Positions 8,971-18,282 of a DNA stretch of 64,000 bases are shown one piece after another. A program made the position numbers and the translations under genes. Location of the stretch: NCBI GenBank assembly GCA_964655705.1, contig CAZZPP010000004.1:15338-79337 (forward strand), given 5' to 3'. The stretch's first letter is position 1; the number at the start of each line of letters is the position of its first letter. The notes under the pieces are model-generated. The model searched no databases and was not told where the DNA came from. It was given only the letters and a program-made list of their open reading frames with translations. The DNA comes from an uncultured Candidatus Saccharibacteria bacterium. Lineage in GTDB: Bacteria > Patescibacteriota > Dojkabacteria > SC72.

Positions 8971-10921
8971 ACGAAAGAAAGGATTAAAAGGTTTTAGTCT
9001 TGCTGAATTAATTCTAGCTATAGGGATATTTTCGGCTATGTCTTCCTTTTTAGTACTTTTAATCATTGATTCGGCAAGAACCATAGAAAATGTTAGAGTA
9101 AGAGAAAGGGCCACCAGATTAACAGAAGAGGTTTTTAATACTTTATTAACACTCAAAGGACAGACATGGTACAGCATTGCAAGCCATACTAGCGAAGGAA
9201 GCAAGCACTTACAAAAAACTTTGGAGGGATACGAAATTGTTGACGGGGAAGGTTCTAGAGATGAAATGACCTACTCTTTCACAATCAATCCTGTAATGAG
9301 AGATTCCTTTTCTAACCTTGTCCAAGAAGGGGGAGTAAATGATCCTCATACAAGGAATATTAATATTAATATAACTTGGACAGACAGACTTGGCCAAGAA
9401 AAAACAATATCTCAAAATGTATATATGAATGATTGGAATACGAAATCTATTGTTTATACCTCTAAAGAGGACTTCTCTCCTGGAAGCCATGACCAAACTG
9501 TTGCAATAGATCTTACTGGAGGAGAAATGAGATTACAGAAGAGGTTTTATAGCGATTGGTGCAAACCAGAACTATCTTTAAATACTGATTTAAGCGAATA
9601 TGATATTCCTGGAAGTGCAACTCCTAGGTCTATCTTTGCACAATTGGGTCATGCATATTTGGGAACGAGAGGAGAAGCAACAGGAGAACCTTTTACAAAA
9701 TTAAATATAGAGGGTGTAGACCCTCCTCTTGTATCTGTTGATGGAACATTTGCCGGATACAATGTTAATGATATCTATGTTCTCGGGGACTATGCTTTCC
9801 TTGCAACAAATGATGATAACAAAGAGGTAGTAATAATTGACATCTCATCGACACCCTACGGAGAAGTTGGCTATTTTAATGCTCCAGGGTCGGATGATGC
9901 GTATACCGTCATGGTATACAATGGTATTGGGTATGTTGGACAAATGGAAAATATTCATACGTTTAACCTCTCAAGTTATATTGGAGGAAGGACAAGAATT
10001 GGGACTATAAGAGCGTCTTCTTGGCTATTTGCTTCGGTTGCAAAAGTAAGCCAAATAAAAGTACTTGGAGATTACCTATATGCGGTACTTGATTGGGACT
10101 GGTATGAGTTGGCAATAATTAGAATCACCAACCCAGCAAGTATGTCAATAACCTCACAGACATCGGTAAACAATCAACAGGTATATGATATGTACCTATC
10201 GGAAGATGGGAACAGAGCATACTTCGGAACAACCCATTCTAGTAACGAAAAAGAGTTCTTCATACTTGATACCTCTAGTAAGTCAGGAGCTAGACCAAAA
10301 ATTGCCTCCCTAGACATAGCTGATACAACAATTAGAGGAATAGCAATTGTACAAGAGGGCTCAAACAAATATGCAATTATAGTTGGGACAGGCGGAGAAG
10401 AATATGGGGTATACAATCTTAACAACGAATCCTCCCCCACTCGATGTGGAGGGATGGACATTAATACTGGCATATATGATATCGATTCGATTCGCGATTC
10501 CTATACAAACGCCTTTTCTTATATAATTACTGGAGATGTTTCAAGAGAATTTAAAATCATAAGAGGTGGTCCAGGGGGAGGAGGAGAAGATGGATACGCA
10601 TATTACAACGAAGGAACATATATTTCTGTTCCATTTAATTCCCAATCCGAATCATCCGAATACTATATGCTCGGGATTACTACTCAAATACCCGAAGATA
10701 CCGATATTCAGATACAAATCCGAGCTAGTAACGATGCTGGGATGTCCTCTGCTACATGGACAGGACCAGATGGGACAAGCGATACGAGCTACAAACTTAC
10801 TGGAATATATAATATCCCCCCTGAAATTAAAGGTAAATTTTTCCAGTATAAAGTAGTTTTCTCATCGGATTCTATTAATGAGTCTCCTTTACTTGAAGAG
10901 TTAGTTATAAACTATGAATAA
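8963..10921 (+). CDS. Giant prepilin-type protein (652 aa): pilin N-terminus fused to a large beta-rich domain; candidate pilus-tip adhesin
   Basis: N-terminus GLKGFSLAELILAIGIFSAM (class III signal, Glu+5) followed by about 600 aa with repeated V/I-rich strands and a Gly-rich segment (GGPGGGGEDG); 8-nt overlap with upstream gene. Confidence 0.7.
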   Translation: MSKRKKGLKGFSLAELILAIGIFSAMSSFLVLLIIDSARTIENVRVRERATRLTEEVFNTLLTLKGQTWYSIASHTSEGSKHLQKTLEGYEIVDGEGSRDEMTYSFTINPVMRDSFSNLVQEGGVNDPHTRNININITWTDRLGQEKTISQNVYMNDWNTKSIVYTSKEDFSPGSHDQTVAIDLTGGEMRLQKRFYSDWCKPELSLNTDLSEYDIPGSATPRSIFAQLGHAYLGTRGEATGEPFTKLNIEGVDPPLVSVDGTFAGYNVNDIYVLGDYAFLATNDDNKEVVIIDISSTPYGEVGYFNAPGSDDAYTVMVYNGIGYVGQMENIHTFNLSSYIGGRTRIGTIRASSWLFASVAKVSQIKVLGDYLYAVLDWDWYELAIIRITNPASMSITSQTSVNNQQVYDMYLSEDGNRAYFGTTHSSNEKEFFILDTSSKSGARPKIASLDIADTTIRGIAIVQEGSNKYAIIVGTGGEEYGVYNLNNESSPTRCGGMDINTGIYDIDSIRDSYTNAFSYIITGDVSREFKIIRGGPGGGGEDGYAYYNEGTYISVPFNSQSESSEYYMLGITTQIPEDTDIQIQIRASNDAGMSSATWTGPDGTSDTSYKLTGIYNIPPEIKGKFFQYKVVFSSDSINESPLLEELVINYE

Positions 10922-11387
10922 AAATTTAAAAGGTATAACACTGGTAGAAACGACGCTTTACATAAGCCTCTTCTCTATCATTATTGTAATAATAATGAAC
11001 TTTATGCTCTCTGCTCAAGAAGCTACTAGAAGAAATGATATTAACTCAAATATAAGTAGAACAGCAGAATTAATTACTCAACACCTCTCCTACTCTTTTG
11101 ATAGAACAGTATCTGTTAACGAAATAAATAGTGTATTTAATAATAATATAGGAGTATTAGAGTTAAATTTTGCAAATGAAAGTAAACAGTACACTCTAAT
11201 AGATTCAACCCTGTATTTTGACAGTATCCCAATTACACCCTCTACAATTTCGGTAAATCAGTTCCTCCTAGAACCGACATATAAAAATGGAACTACAATA
11301 ATTGGTGTCCGAATAACAATTGAATTACAATCTAAAATAGATTCTACCTTTAGACAAACAGTTAATCTATTAGAGATAGTAAGATGA
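10914..11387 (+). CDS. Prepilin-type minor pilin / pseudopilin
   Basis: N-terminus NLKGITLVETTLYISLFSIIIVII: class III signal with Glu+5. Confidence 0.7.
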   Translation: MNKNLKGITLVETTLYISLFSIIIVIIMNFMLSAQEATRRNDINSNISRTAELITQHLSYSFDRTVSVNEINSVFNNNIGVLELNFANESKQYTLIDSTLYFDSIPITPSTISVNQFLLEPTYKNGTTIIGVRITIELQSKIDSTFRQTVNLLEIVR

Positions 11388-11767
11388 AAAAGAACAAAGG
11401 ATATATTGCATTAACAACCGTATTAGTTATTCTTCCCCTACTTTTAATTACAGGGATAGACTCTTTGTACAAAAATACTACCTCTCTAATAGTTGGGAAA
11501 ATGAACTATGACTATCAAATACTTAGAAGTAACTCTGAAACATGTTTAGAAGAAGCAGTATACAAAATTAAAAGAGGTGGAACATATACTGGTACTTTTA
11601 CCCTCTCAATGGATAATTGGTCTTGTGATGTAGTCGTTTCTGACAAAGTAGGTTTTCCAGGAATAAAGATAATTGAAATTAATTCATCTGATTCAAACAG
11701 TGTTAAGTTTAGTACCACTAAAGAATTAAATATAAATACAGATCCCTTTGAAATCTCAAATACTTAA
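11384..11767 (+). CDS. PilX/GspK-like minor pilin (prepilin-like N-terminus lacking Glu+5)
   Basis: N-terminus KKNKGYIALTTVLVILPLLLI; 4-nt overlap with upstream gene. Confidence 0.5.
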   Translation: MKKNKGYIALTTVLVILPLLLITGIDSLYKNTTSLIVGKMNYDYQILRSNSETCLEEAVYKIKRGGTYTGTFTLSMDNWSCDVVVSDKVGFPGIKIIEINSSDSNSVKFSTTKELNINTDPFEISNT

Positions 11768-12344
11768 AACAAAGTGTAATACCACAGAAAAGATTTTTAT
11801 CTCCTTCCTTGGAATTTCAATACTTTCCCTCTATGTAAAAGTCCTGCTCTACTCTAATTTTTCCATATTAAATATTGGGGTGTTTTTAATAGGCACAATA
11901 ATATTTTCTTCTTTAGTATTTCTCGCATACATTGATTTAAAAATAATGGAAGTTCACAATTTAACATCATTAATTTTGCTTTTTTTTCTCTCGGTGTTAA
12001 ATATTGTTCTTTTTTTAATAAAAAGAGATATAACATTAGCAAATGGATGGCAATATATTGCATATGACAATATCTTTGCTGCATTAATCTTAGGAAGTAT
12101 TTCTCAATTAATTGTATTAATCTCTAAAGAGAAAGCCCTAGGTCAGGGAGATGTTAGAATGCTTTTGATAGCTGGCCTGCTAGTGGGTAAAACAAATTTA
12201 ATGATATGGGGATATTTAACTGTATTTAGTGCACTTGCATATGGAGTTGTAATTGGAATAAGGAAGAAAAAATTTAAAAATGTAAAAATTCCTCTACTCC
12301 CCTTTATTGTTTTATCAATAATTATTACCCTTCTCTTCCTTTAA
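11748..12344 (+). CDS. pilD: Prepilin peptidase (A24 family), short form without N-terminal zinc domain
   Basis: Conserved first catalytic Asp context AYIDLKIMEV and second GQGDVRMLLIAG (cf. GGGDVKLL); multiple TM helices; non-ATG start (TTG at 11748 or downstream GTG) needed to include the first Asp. Confidence 0.65.
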   Translation: MKSQILKTKCNTTEKIFISFLGISILSLYVKVLLYSNFSILNIGVFLIGTIIFSSLVFLAYIDLKIMEVHNLTSLILLFFLSVLNIVLFLIKRDITLANGWQYIAYDNIFAALILGSISQLIVLISKEKALGQGDVRMLLIAGLLVGKTNLMIWGYLTVFSALAYGVVIGIRKKKFKNVKIPLLPFIVLSIIITLLFL

Positions 12345-12426
12345 AATCTAAACTTTAGACACACCTATTGCATACTTAAATATTAAGTGTTACATTTTAA
12401 GGTTTATTTTTTACCAATTAACCCTT

Positions 12427-13866
12427 ATGGATGAACCATTAAAAGATTTTTTAACAATTTCCTACAATGAACTTGAGGTTTTAAACAAAGAAGCCAAAAA
12501 AAGAAGAATTGATAATTTTGGGAAACCTAATAACAAATTAGAATCTTACTATACAGAGTATTTAAAAAAGGAAACAAGAATAAAAGCTGTTACTGTTGGC
12601 TTTACTGATTTAGAGGGTAAATTCCAAATGCTTGATTACAACAAAGATTACCTTTTAGAGTCTAGTGATAACCTTACCTTTGATGGCTCCTCGGTAAAAG
12701 GGTTTACACAAGTTAGCGAGTCCGATCTAAAATTAAAATTAGATTGGAGCTCTTTTTACTGGCTTCCAAGTGATATCTTTGGCCCTGGGAAGGTCCTACT
12801 CTTTGCTGAAATATATACTTCAGATGATATGCCCCACCCTTCTGATTTTAGGTCAAGACTTCGAACCTATCTACATGAGTTGTATAAAAAAGAGAAATAT
12901 TTAGTTATGGGTGCTAACGAAATAGAGGGGATTCTTGTTGAGGGATTAGATGCAGAAATGAATTTTAAGGAAGAAACTGGTTTTAAATTAGTCTCTTCTG
13001 GTGGATACTATCACTCTCTTCCTTTGGATAGGCTAAGAAAATTTATAGATGCCACTGCCGAAGCACACAGAGCGTTAGGTTTTGAAAATGAAAAAGACCA
13101 TCCAGAAGTAGCACCCTCTCAGTTTGAATTAAATTACAAACACTCTATTGCCGACATAGCGTCAGACCAAGTACAACTGTACAAGTTAGTTGCAAGGCAG
13201 GTTGCAGAAATACAAGGGCTAACAGCCACATTTCTGCCTAAACCAATTGTAGGAATAAATGGAAGTGGTATGCATACTAATATGTCCATTGAAAAAGATG
13301 GTAAAAATATTTTCTATCAAAATAATGGTAATGTTCATCTTTCAGACTTAGGTAACGACTTTATCGACCGAATACTTTTTAAAGCTTCTGCCATGTGTCT
13401 AATACTTAATCCTAGTGTAAATGCATACAGAAGATTAGACCCTAATTTTGAAGCTCCAAATCAGATAAAGGCGTCAGCAGTAAATAGAACAGCAATGGTT
13501 AGAATACCTCTAGCATCTGAGAAATCAGCAAGAATTGAGGTTAGATCTGTTGCTCCGGATGCTAACCCATATATGGTTTACTACACTCTTCTAAGAGTTG
13601 GGTTAGAGGGTAAAAAACAGAAACTACACAAAGGTATTACTCCAAGAACAAAGGTGTTACCAGACAATATATATGATGCAATCAAATTCTTAAAAAGAAG
13701 CTCTTTTATGTCCGAAATCTTAGGAGAGGAAACTAAAAATAAATATATTGCTCTAAAACAGGCATCTGCAGATAGATGCCCTAAGAATTTAGGAAACAAA
13801 GTAAAAAGGTCAGAGGTAATATTCCATCATGAAATAACAAATCAGTTACTTTGGAATGAGTTTTAA
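12427..13866 (+). CDS. glnA: Glutamine synthetase family protein (catalytic domain)
   Basis: 479 aa; KPIVGINGSGMHTNMS matches the GS ATP-binding signature (KP..G.NGSGMH.H.S); N-terminal beta-grasp region present. Confidence 0.7.
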   Translation: MDEPLKDFLTISYNELEVLNKEAKKRRIDNFGKPNNKLESYYTEYLKKETRIKAVTVGFTDLEGKFQMLDYNKDYLLESSDNLTFDGSSVKGFTQVSESDLKLKLDWSSFYWLPSDIFGPGKVLLFAEIYTSDDMPHPSDFRSRLRTYLHELYKKEKYLVMGANEIEGILVEGLDAEMNFKEETGFKLVSSGGYYHSLPLDRLRKFIDATAEAHRALGFENEKDHPEVAPSQFELNYKHSIADIASDQVQLYKLVARQVAEIQGLTATFLPKPIVGINGSGMHTNMSIEKDGKNIFYQNNGNVHLSDLGNDFIDRILFKASAMCLILNPSVNAYRRLDPNFEAPNQIKASAVNRTAMVRIPLASEKSARIEVRSVAPDANPYMVYYTLLRVGLEGKKQKLHKGITPRTKVLPDNIYDAIKFLKRSSFMSEILGEETKNKYIALKQASADRCPKNLGNKVKRSEVIFHHEITNQLLWNEF

Positions 13867-13923
13867 TCACATTTCAAATAGTATACAATCAAGATACACA
13901 TTTTAACTAGAACTATCTCAAAA

Positions 13924-14325
13924 GTGATTAAAAAAGATAAAAATGAAAAATACCTAAAGATCTCTAAAATAGTAACATACCTATTATCCTCTCTTTTAGG
14001 CTTTACCCTCTATTACTACTTCGGTTCAAGCTTTTATATCTTTGCATTTGCATTACTCTTAGGATTAACACTCCCTAAATTAATTCTAAACAAATGGAAA
14101 TACGAAGAAGACAAGTTTAATAAAATAGTATGGTTAAACCTAATTTTTGGTCTCTTCTATACTCCCCTTGGAGTCTTCTTTGGGGTATTTACTATTAAAT
14201 ACAACTCTACTCTATCAAAAAATGAAAAACAAAATAAATATGTAGTACTAGGAAAAATTGGAATATGGTTATCAATATTAAACTTTTTACTAGCCCTTAT
14301 CCTTCCATTTGCTCTCTCTAAATAA
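13924..14325 (+). CDS. Small membrane protein (3-4 TM), unknown function
   Basis: 133 aa hydrophobic ORF; GTG start. Confidence 0.4.
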   Translation: MIKKDKNEKYLKISKIVTYLLSSLLGFTLYYYFGSSFYIFAFALLLGLTLPKLILNKWKYEEDKFNKIVWLNLIFGLFYTPLGVFFGVFTIKYNSTLSKNEKQNKYVVLGKIGIWLSILNFLLALILPFALSK

Positions 14326-14337
14326 GGATTACTCGCT

Positions 14338-15846
14338 CTATTGGGTTGGGATTATCTCGTAAAATGATCCCGATTCAGTTCGAAAACGCCACGATCTCCA
14401 AAGTCTTCTAACCTCAAGAACAGGCGATGTGTTTCCTGCGAAACCCCCTTTATCATTAACAAGTTCAATAACTTCATTCAACCTAGGAGATTTTTTCAAT
14501 CTCCCAACAATTATTTGACCTATCACTACCTCCGACTCCCTTCCTTTTATTAGATTTCTCTTCATAAGAATAACTTCGCTGCCCCCCTTAATCCTGAGCT
14601 TTTCATTCATTTCTTCAATACTTTTTGGTATGGACTTCGGTTTTACTTCTAGATTCCTGATTACTTCATATGTCGCTCCACTATCAGTCTTAGCAACAAA
14701 CAAAGTTCTTCCATCTGGTAACAATCTACGACTCATCTCCTTTATGGGAGATGTTTGCACATACCTTGGATCATCAATATCCTGAATCAACCTCATACCT
14801 TCCCCAAGTGCTAATTGACCATCTAAAAAACCTGTCGCCAAAGATCCAACTGGTTGTCGAGAAGTTCCCTCTTGAGCAATCTTTCTGATAGTAATATTTT
14901 TACCATCTCTAATACCAGAAAGTGCCATATCTTTCTCATCCATTTGGATTTCCCCACCGGTCATTATCCGCCCAGAGTGATTATCTTTTTCCCCTAAAGA
15001 CAAGAAATATTCATTACGATGCTTAATTATGTAATCTACAGCAAAAGAATCCGCAATGGATTCTGAAGACATCTCTCGATAAGATATGCTTTGGGCAATC
15101 TTAAGTTGTTTATCAGAGATTTGCCCAAACTTATTAGGTTTAATCCCAAAAGTCTCTAAACGCTTTATATATTTCCCCAAATCTCCCCTTTTACTTAAAT
15201 CGATATGAGAAGGAACGGGCAAAGTCATAAGATCCTTGAGACGATGTTCATTATCTTCTTTTATTGCATTATTTAATACTTCTGCAATAGGTTTCTTCCC
15301 TCTATTCTCGTTTGGTTTCAAATAATTATCAATAAAATCTTTAGCATGGCCAAATTCATGCAAAAAGATAAAAGTTGTAACAAGTTTCTTATTATCTTTT
15401 ATATCTTCATATCTCGCTCCAAGTTGAATAGCCATTTGCCTCATAAGAAATTCAAGGCTAGAATCAATGTAGGTTTCTTGATTACTAAAGTTAAAAGCAA
15501 TCTCTGGAATATACTGCCCTTCCTTAAGAGCAGCATTACAAAAATAAGCATTCCTTTGAATATTCTCGTTATTAATTTTTACGACATGTAACTCAGGCTG
15601 TTCAGTTACTATATTTGCATATACCTTTGCAAGGTGAGGAGCTTCACTATTTAACAGGATTGCATTTTCTTGCCAACGATTTCTCCAATACTCTTTTGTA
15701 TTCTCCTCCGTTATGTCTATTTTCTTACCTAAATATCTCTCTGCTTGATCAGAAAGGTTTGAAACACCACTACTCTGCTCAGGCAAAAGAAAGGAAGACT
15801 CCTTTGTATTAAACTCTGTATTCTCTAAACCTAGGACATTATTCAT
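14338..15846 (-). CDS. HExxH-motif protein (putative zinc metallopeptidase-like), function unknown
   Basis: 502 aa; FIFLHEFGHAKDF motif at about residue 165; no TM; 3' part of gene visibly more GC-rich than neighbours; ATG start overlapped by an upstream 56-codon ORF. Confidence 0.5.
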   Translation of the reverse strand: MNNVLGLENTEFNTKESSFLLPEQSSGVSNLSDQAERYLGKKIDITEENTKEYWRNRWQENAILLNSEAPHLAKVYANIVTEQPELHVVKINNENIQRNAYFCNAALKEGQYIPEIAFNFSNQETYIDSSLEFLMRQMAIQLGARYEDIKDNKKLVTTFIFLHEFGHAKDFIDNYLKPNENRGKKPIAEVLNNAIKEDNEHRLKDLMTLPVPSHIDLSKRGDLGKYIKRLETFGIKPNKFGQISDKQLKIAQSISYREMSSESIADSFAVDYIIKHRNEYFLSLGEKDNHSGRIMTGGEIQMDEKDMALSGIRDGKNITIRKIAQEGTSRQPVGSLATGFLDGQLALGEGMRLIQDIDDPRYVQTSPIKEMSRRLLPDGRTLFVAKTDSGATYEVIRNLEVKPKSIPKSIEEMNEKLRIKGGSEVILMKRNLIKGRESEVVIGQIIVGRLKKSPRLNEVIELVNDKGGFAGNTSPVLEVRRLWRSWRFRTESGSFYEIIPTQ

Positions 15847-16009
15847 CTTGTATACTTTTTGGAGAAATCTTATTTAATCTGTCTAGAACAAGTATCTTTT
15901 TTTCAGCCTCAGTAAAAGTATTCTCTTCTAGAATAAAATAGAATTCTTGTCTTAAAGATTCTGGCAATTCTTCAACTAATTTTAAAAACTCCTCTAATGT
16001 ATATTCCAT
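15839..16009 (-). CDS. Small acidic protein (56 aa) overlapping the start of the HExxH protein gene; possible partner/immunity/antitoxin-like
   Basis: ATG at 16009; MEYTLEEFLKLVEELPESLRQEFYFILEENTFTEAEKKILVLDRLNKISPKSIQDE; stop TAA overlaps codons 2-3 of the downstream gene (GATGAATAATG); below the ORF-track size cutoff. Confidence 0.35.
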   Translation of the reverse strand: MEYTLEEFLKLVEELPESLRQEFYFILEENTFTEAEKKILVLDRLNKISPKSIQDE

Positions 16010-16287
16010 CTAGGGCTTTGGTTTAATCTTAAATTAAACATCAATAATTCTCCTGAAGACTACGTCTACCATAGAAAATTAATTTTGTATTTTTATAATA
16101 CGAAATATAATTTAAGTTAACAAGGAGAGAAATGAGATACAAGTTGAATATTAAATTTAGAAAATTTTTTCATAGGATTCCTTCTTTTATAAGAATTTGA
16201 GGTATGACAAAGAAAAGGGTTATCGAACCCCTAATTATTCTCTTCCTATAACACTTTTTGAAACAATCAACAACAACGAACCTGATA

Positions 16288-16699
16288 TGGTGGAGACGGT
16301 GGGATTTGAACCCACGTCCAAAAGCTAAGCACAATGTCATGTACAAATATATTTAGATTTGTTTAGCTAGATTAAACTAAAAAATCTAACAAAAAGTTCA
16401 ATCTACTCAGTAATTGTATTCACTATGGATCCTCTACTGACAAAGAATACATACTATACCCTAGTAACGACTGTCTATATCCCCTAACTAGGGATAAGGA
16501 AAATAGACATTGACCAAAATTAATCGGTCAAACTTATGCAAAATTGTAAGCATAAGAAGGTGCAGTAAATGCAGCCCTTAGCTTACTTGCAAAAGCGTTA
16601 AGTTTGTTTTCTACACTTCTCTGTGTTTAAGTTTTACGAACTTAAAAACGATTTGTGACAACAGCACTTATATACTTCTGTCGAAAGCCTTACGTCCCC
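16288..16699 (-). ncRNA. ssrA: tmRNA (ssrA)
   Basis: 5' end GGGGACGTAAGGCTTTCGAC (conserved GGGG...UUCGAC), 3' end GGACGTGGGTTCAAATCCCACCGTCTCCACCA with tRNA-Ala-like T-arm, G3:U70 acceptor pair and encoded CCA; internal tag-like reading frame ending ...PSYAYNFA-TAA. Confidence 0.8.
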
Positions 16700-16730
16700 A
16701 TATTCTTAAAGAACACCTATATTATACCAT

Positions 16731-17027
16731 TTATCTATATACCTTTGAACTATTTGAATGACTCCCTATCCTTTGTAAAAGAATTACACCCTCCTCTTCA
16801 ATTGTCCATATAATACGATAATCCCCATTTACCCTAGAGCTATATACCCTTCCGAAAGAAGATACTTTAACAGTATGAGTTTTAAGACTGGCTATAAAAG
16901 GATCCTTCTTGATTCTTTCTATAGTAATATCAACCCTTTTCGCCAAATCCCTCTTGTTTTTTAATATCTTTCCCAACTCTCTGTCAAATTCATTTGTATA
17001 ATGTATAGAATACTTACTTTTCTTCAT
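16731..17027 (-). CDS. RelE/ParE-superfamily type II toxin
   Basis: 98 aa; C-terminal GDYRIIWTIEEEGVILLQRIGSH resembles the RelE/ParE core; 14-nt overlap with upstream antitoxin-like gene. Confidence 0.7.
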   Translation of the reverse strand: MKKSKYSIHYTNEFDRELGKILKNKRDLAKRVDITIERIKKDPFIASLKTHTVKVSSFGRVYSSRVNGDYRIIWTIEEEGVILLQRIGSHSNSSKVYR

Positions 17028-17319
17028 TTAAAAGTCTCTCAACAAAACTCTTAATCTCTTTGCTGTTCTTTAGTTCTAACGTTTGGCCACTCTTAAATTC
17101 CTTTACCCCCCTTTGAAGACTCTTTACCATTTCTTCATCCATTACAACACCATCAAGAACAGGATATTCTTGCTTCTCCATCTCCTTGGTAAGTACATAT
17201 CTAACATATGCAGGGAGAGAATAACCCAAATTCTGTGCCCTACTCTCCACCCTATCCATTAACTTCTGAGGAAAAGATATCTGTCTCGTAATACTTTTGT
17301 ATTTTCTTACTTTGTTCAT
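17014..17319 (-). CDS. Ribbon-helix-helix (CopG/ParD-like) antitoxin candidate
   Basis: Start taken at ATG 17319 (MNKVRKYKSITRQISFPQKLMDRVESRAQNLGYSLPAYVRYVL: RHH-like beta-strand plus helices); ORF-track start 17352 would run through the operator repeats. Confidence 0.55.
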   Translation of the reverse strand: MNKVRKYKSITRQISFPQKLMDRVESRAQNLGYSLPAYVRYVLTKEMEKQEYPVLDGVVMDEEMVKSLQRGVKEFKSGQTLELKNSKEIKSFVERLLNEEK

Positions 17320-17322
17320 TTC

Positions 17323-17362
17323 TGTATTAAATTTGTATATTTTAATACACAATTTTAATACA
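17323..17362 (-). promoter_or_regulatory. Candidate TA operator: 9-bp inverted repeat TGTATTAAA-N9-TTTAATACA plus a third direct copy TTTAATACA 4 nt further
   Basis: Seen directly at 17323-17331, 17341-17349, 17354-17362, immediately upstream of the antitoxin ATG. Confidence 0.35.
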
Positions 17363-17552
17363 AAGTATTAATAATTACAATACTCACCCTCTCTTAAAGA
17401 TATAATCGTTAATATCACTACCTAAGAACCTTAAGGTACCACTAGGAAGCCTCTGAGCGTTAACAAGCCCCCAATTACCTCAAATGTTAGTAAGAAGACC
17501 TCTAATGGAATTAGATGCCTTAACTACTTACTACAGAATTCCCTTTTGAAAC

Positions 17553-18281
17553 CTATATCTCATTCTTACTTGCCTCCCAGAGACTTACAGCAGTAGCTAT
17601 TGAAAGATTTAAAGAATCAATCTCTTTACTATGCGGTATATATACACTCTCTCCAATTGTTAAATACCTCTCCTCTAATCCTTTAGATTCATTCCCATGA
17701 ATAATGGAATATGGTTTAACAAACTTAACCTCTTTAATACTCTTATTCCCATTTAACATAAAGGGGTAGAAGTTGTATCCCCCAAACTTAGCAAAATATT
17801 CCTCTAATAAATTAAAATGTTCAAACCTCATATTAAAAAAAGCTCCCATAGAAGCCCTAATAACTAAAGGATCATATATATCAACTGCAGGCTTAATAAT
17901 TGCTAAATCTTTGAAATTAAAACCTAACATTGTTCTCATTGTAGTACCTAAATTCCCAGTATTAGAGGGATTAACTAATACAACATGATCTCTCCCTACC
18001 TCAATCTTTGAAACGTATTTCATAAAGATACCCACTACATAGGTGTTCTCTTTAACTGATATCTTGTCTATTAACCTATCATTAACCTCTGTTAAAATTC
18101 TCCTTTTTTTACATTCATAATCAACTGTCGCTATACCCTCCATCTTAATTCCATCCTGTTTAAACAAAACCTTTACTACTTTCTCGGGATGTAAATTTAT
18201 CAAATCAATAACGGGATATGCACCAAAAGCATATGAATACTCAAACTCCTTTTGATATCTTTTTATCTTGGGCTGAAACAT
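17553..18281 (-). CDS. SpoU/TrmH-family RNA 2'-O-methyltransferase
   Basis: 242 aa; IHGNESKGL and SLNLSIATAVSLWE motifs typical of SPOUT class methyltransferases. Confidence 0.85.
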   Translation of the reverse strand: MFQPKIKRYQKEFEYSYAFGAYPVIDLINLHPEKVVKVLFKQDGIKMEGIATVDYECKKRRILTEVNDRLIDKISVKENTYVVGIFMKYVSKIEVGRDHVVLVNPSNTGNLGTTMRTMLGFNFKDLAIIKPAVDIYDPLVIRASMGAFFNMRFEHFNLLEEYFAKFGGYNFYPFMLNGNKSIKEVKFVKPYSIIHGNESKGLEERYLTIGESVYIPHSKEIDSLNLSIATAVSLWEASKNEI

Positions 18282-18282
18282 A

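Noticed and set aside
12345-12426. Terminator after pilD
   Set aside because: Only weak AT-rich hairpins (CTTAA-ATA-TTAAG) without a convincing GC stem plus T-tract
16125-16200. 21-codon ORF with a strong AAGGAGAG Shine-Dalgarno
   Set aside because: The organism shows essentially no SD usage elsewhere; too short and unsupported, though noted because it sits between ssrA and the HExxH module
17400-17510. Possible SRP/4.5S-like RNA (GGAAGC-containing stretch)
   Set aside because: Lacks the conserved GGUGCUGUUUACCAGGUCAGGUCCGGAAGGAAGCAGCC helix-8 core; more likely just the TA promoter/terminator region
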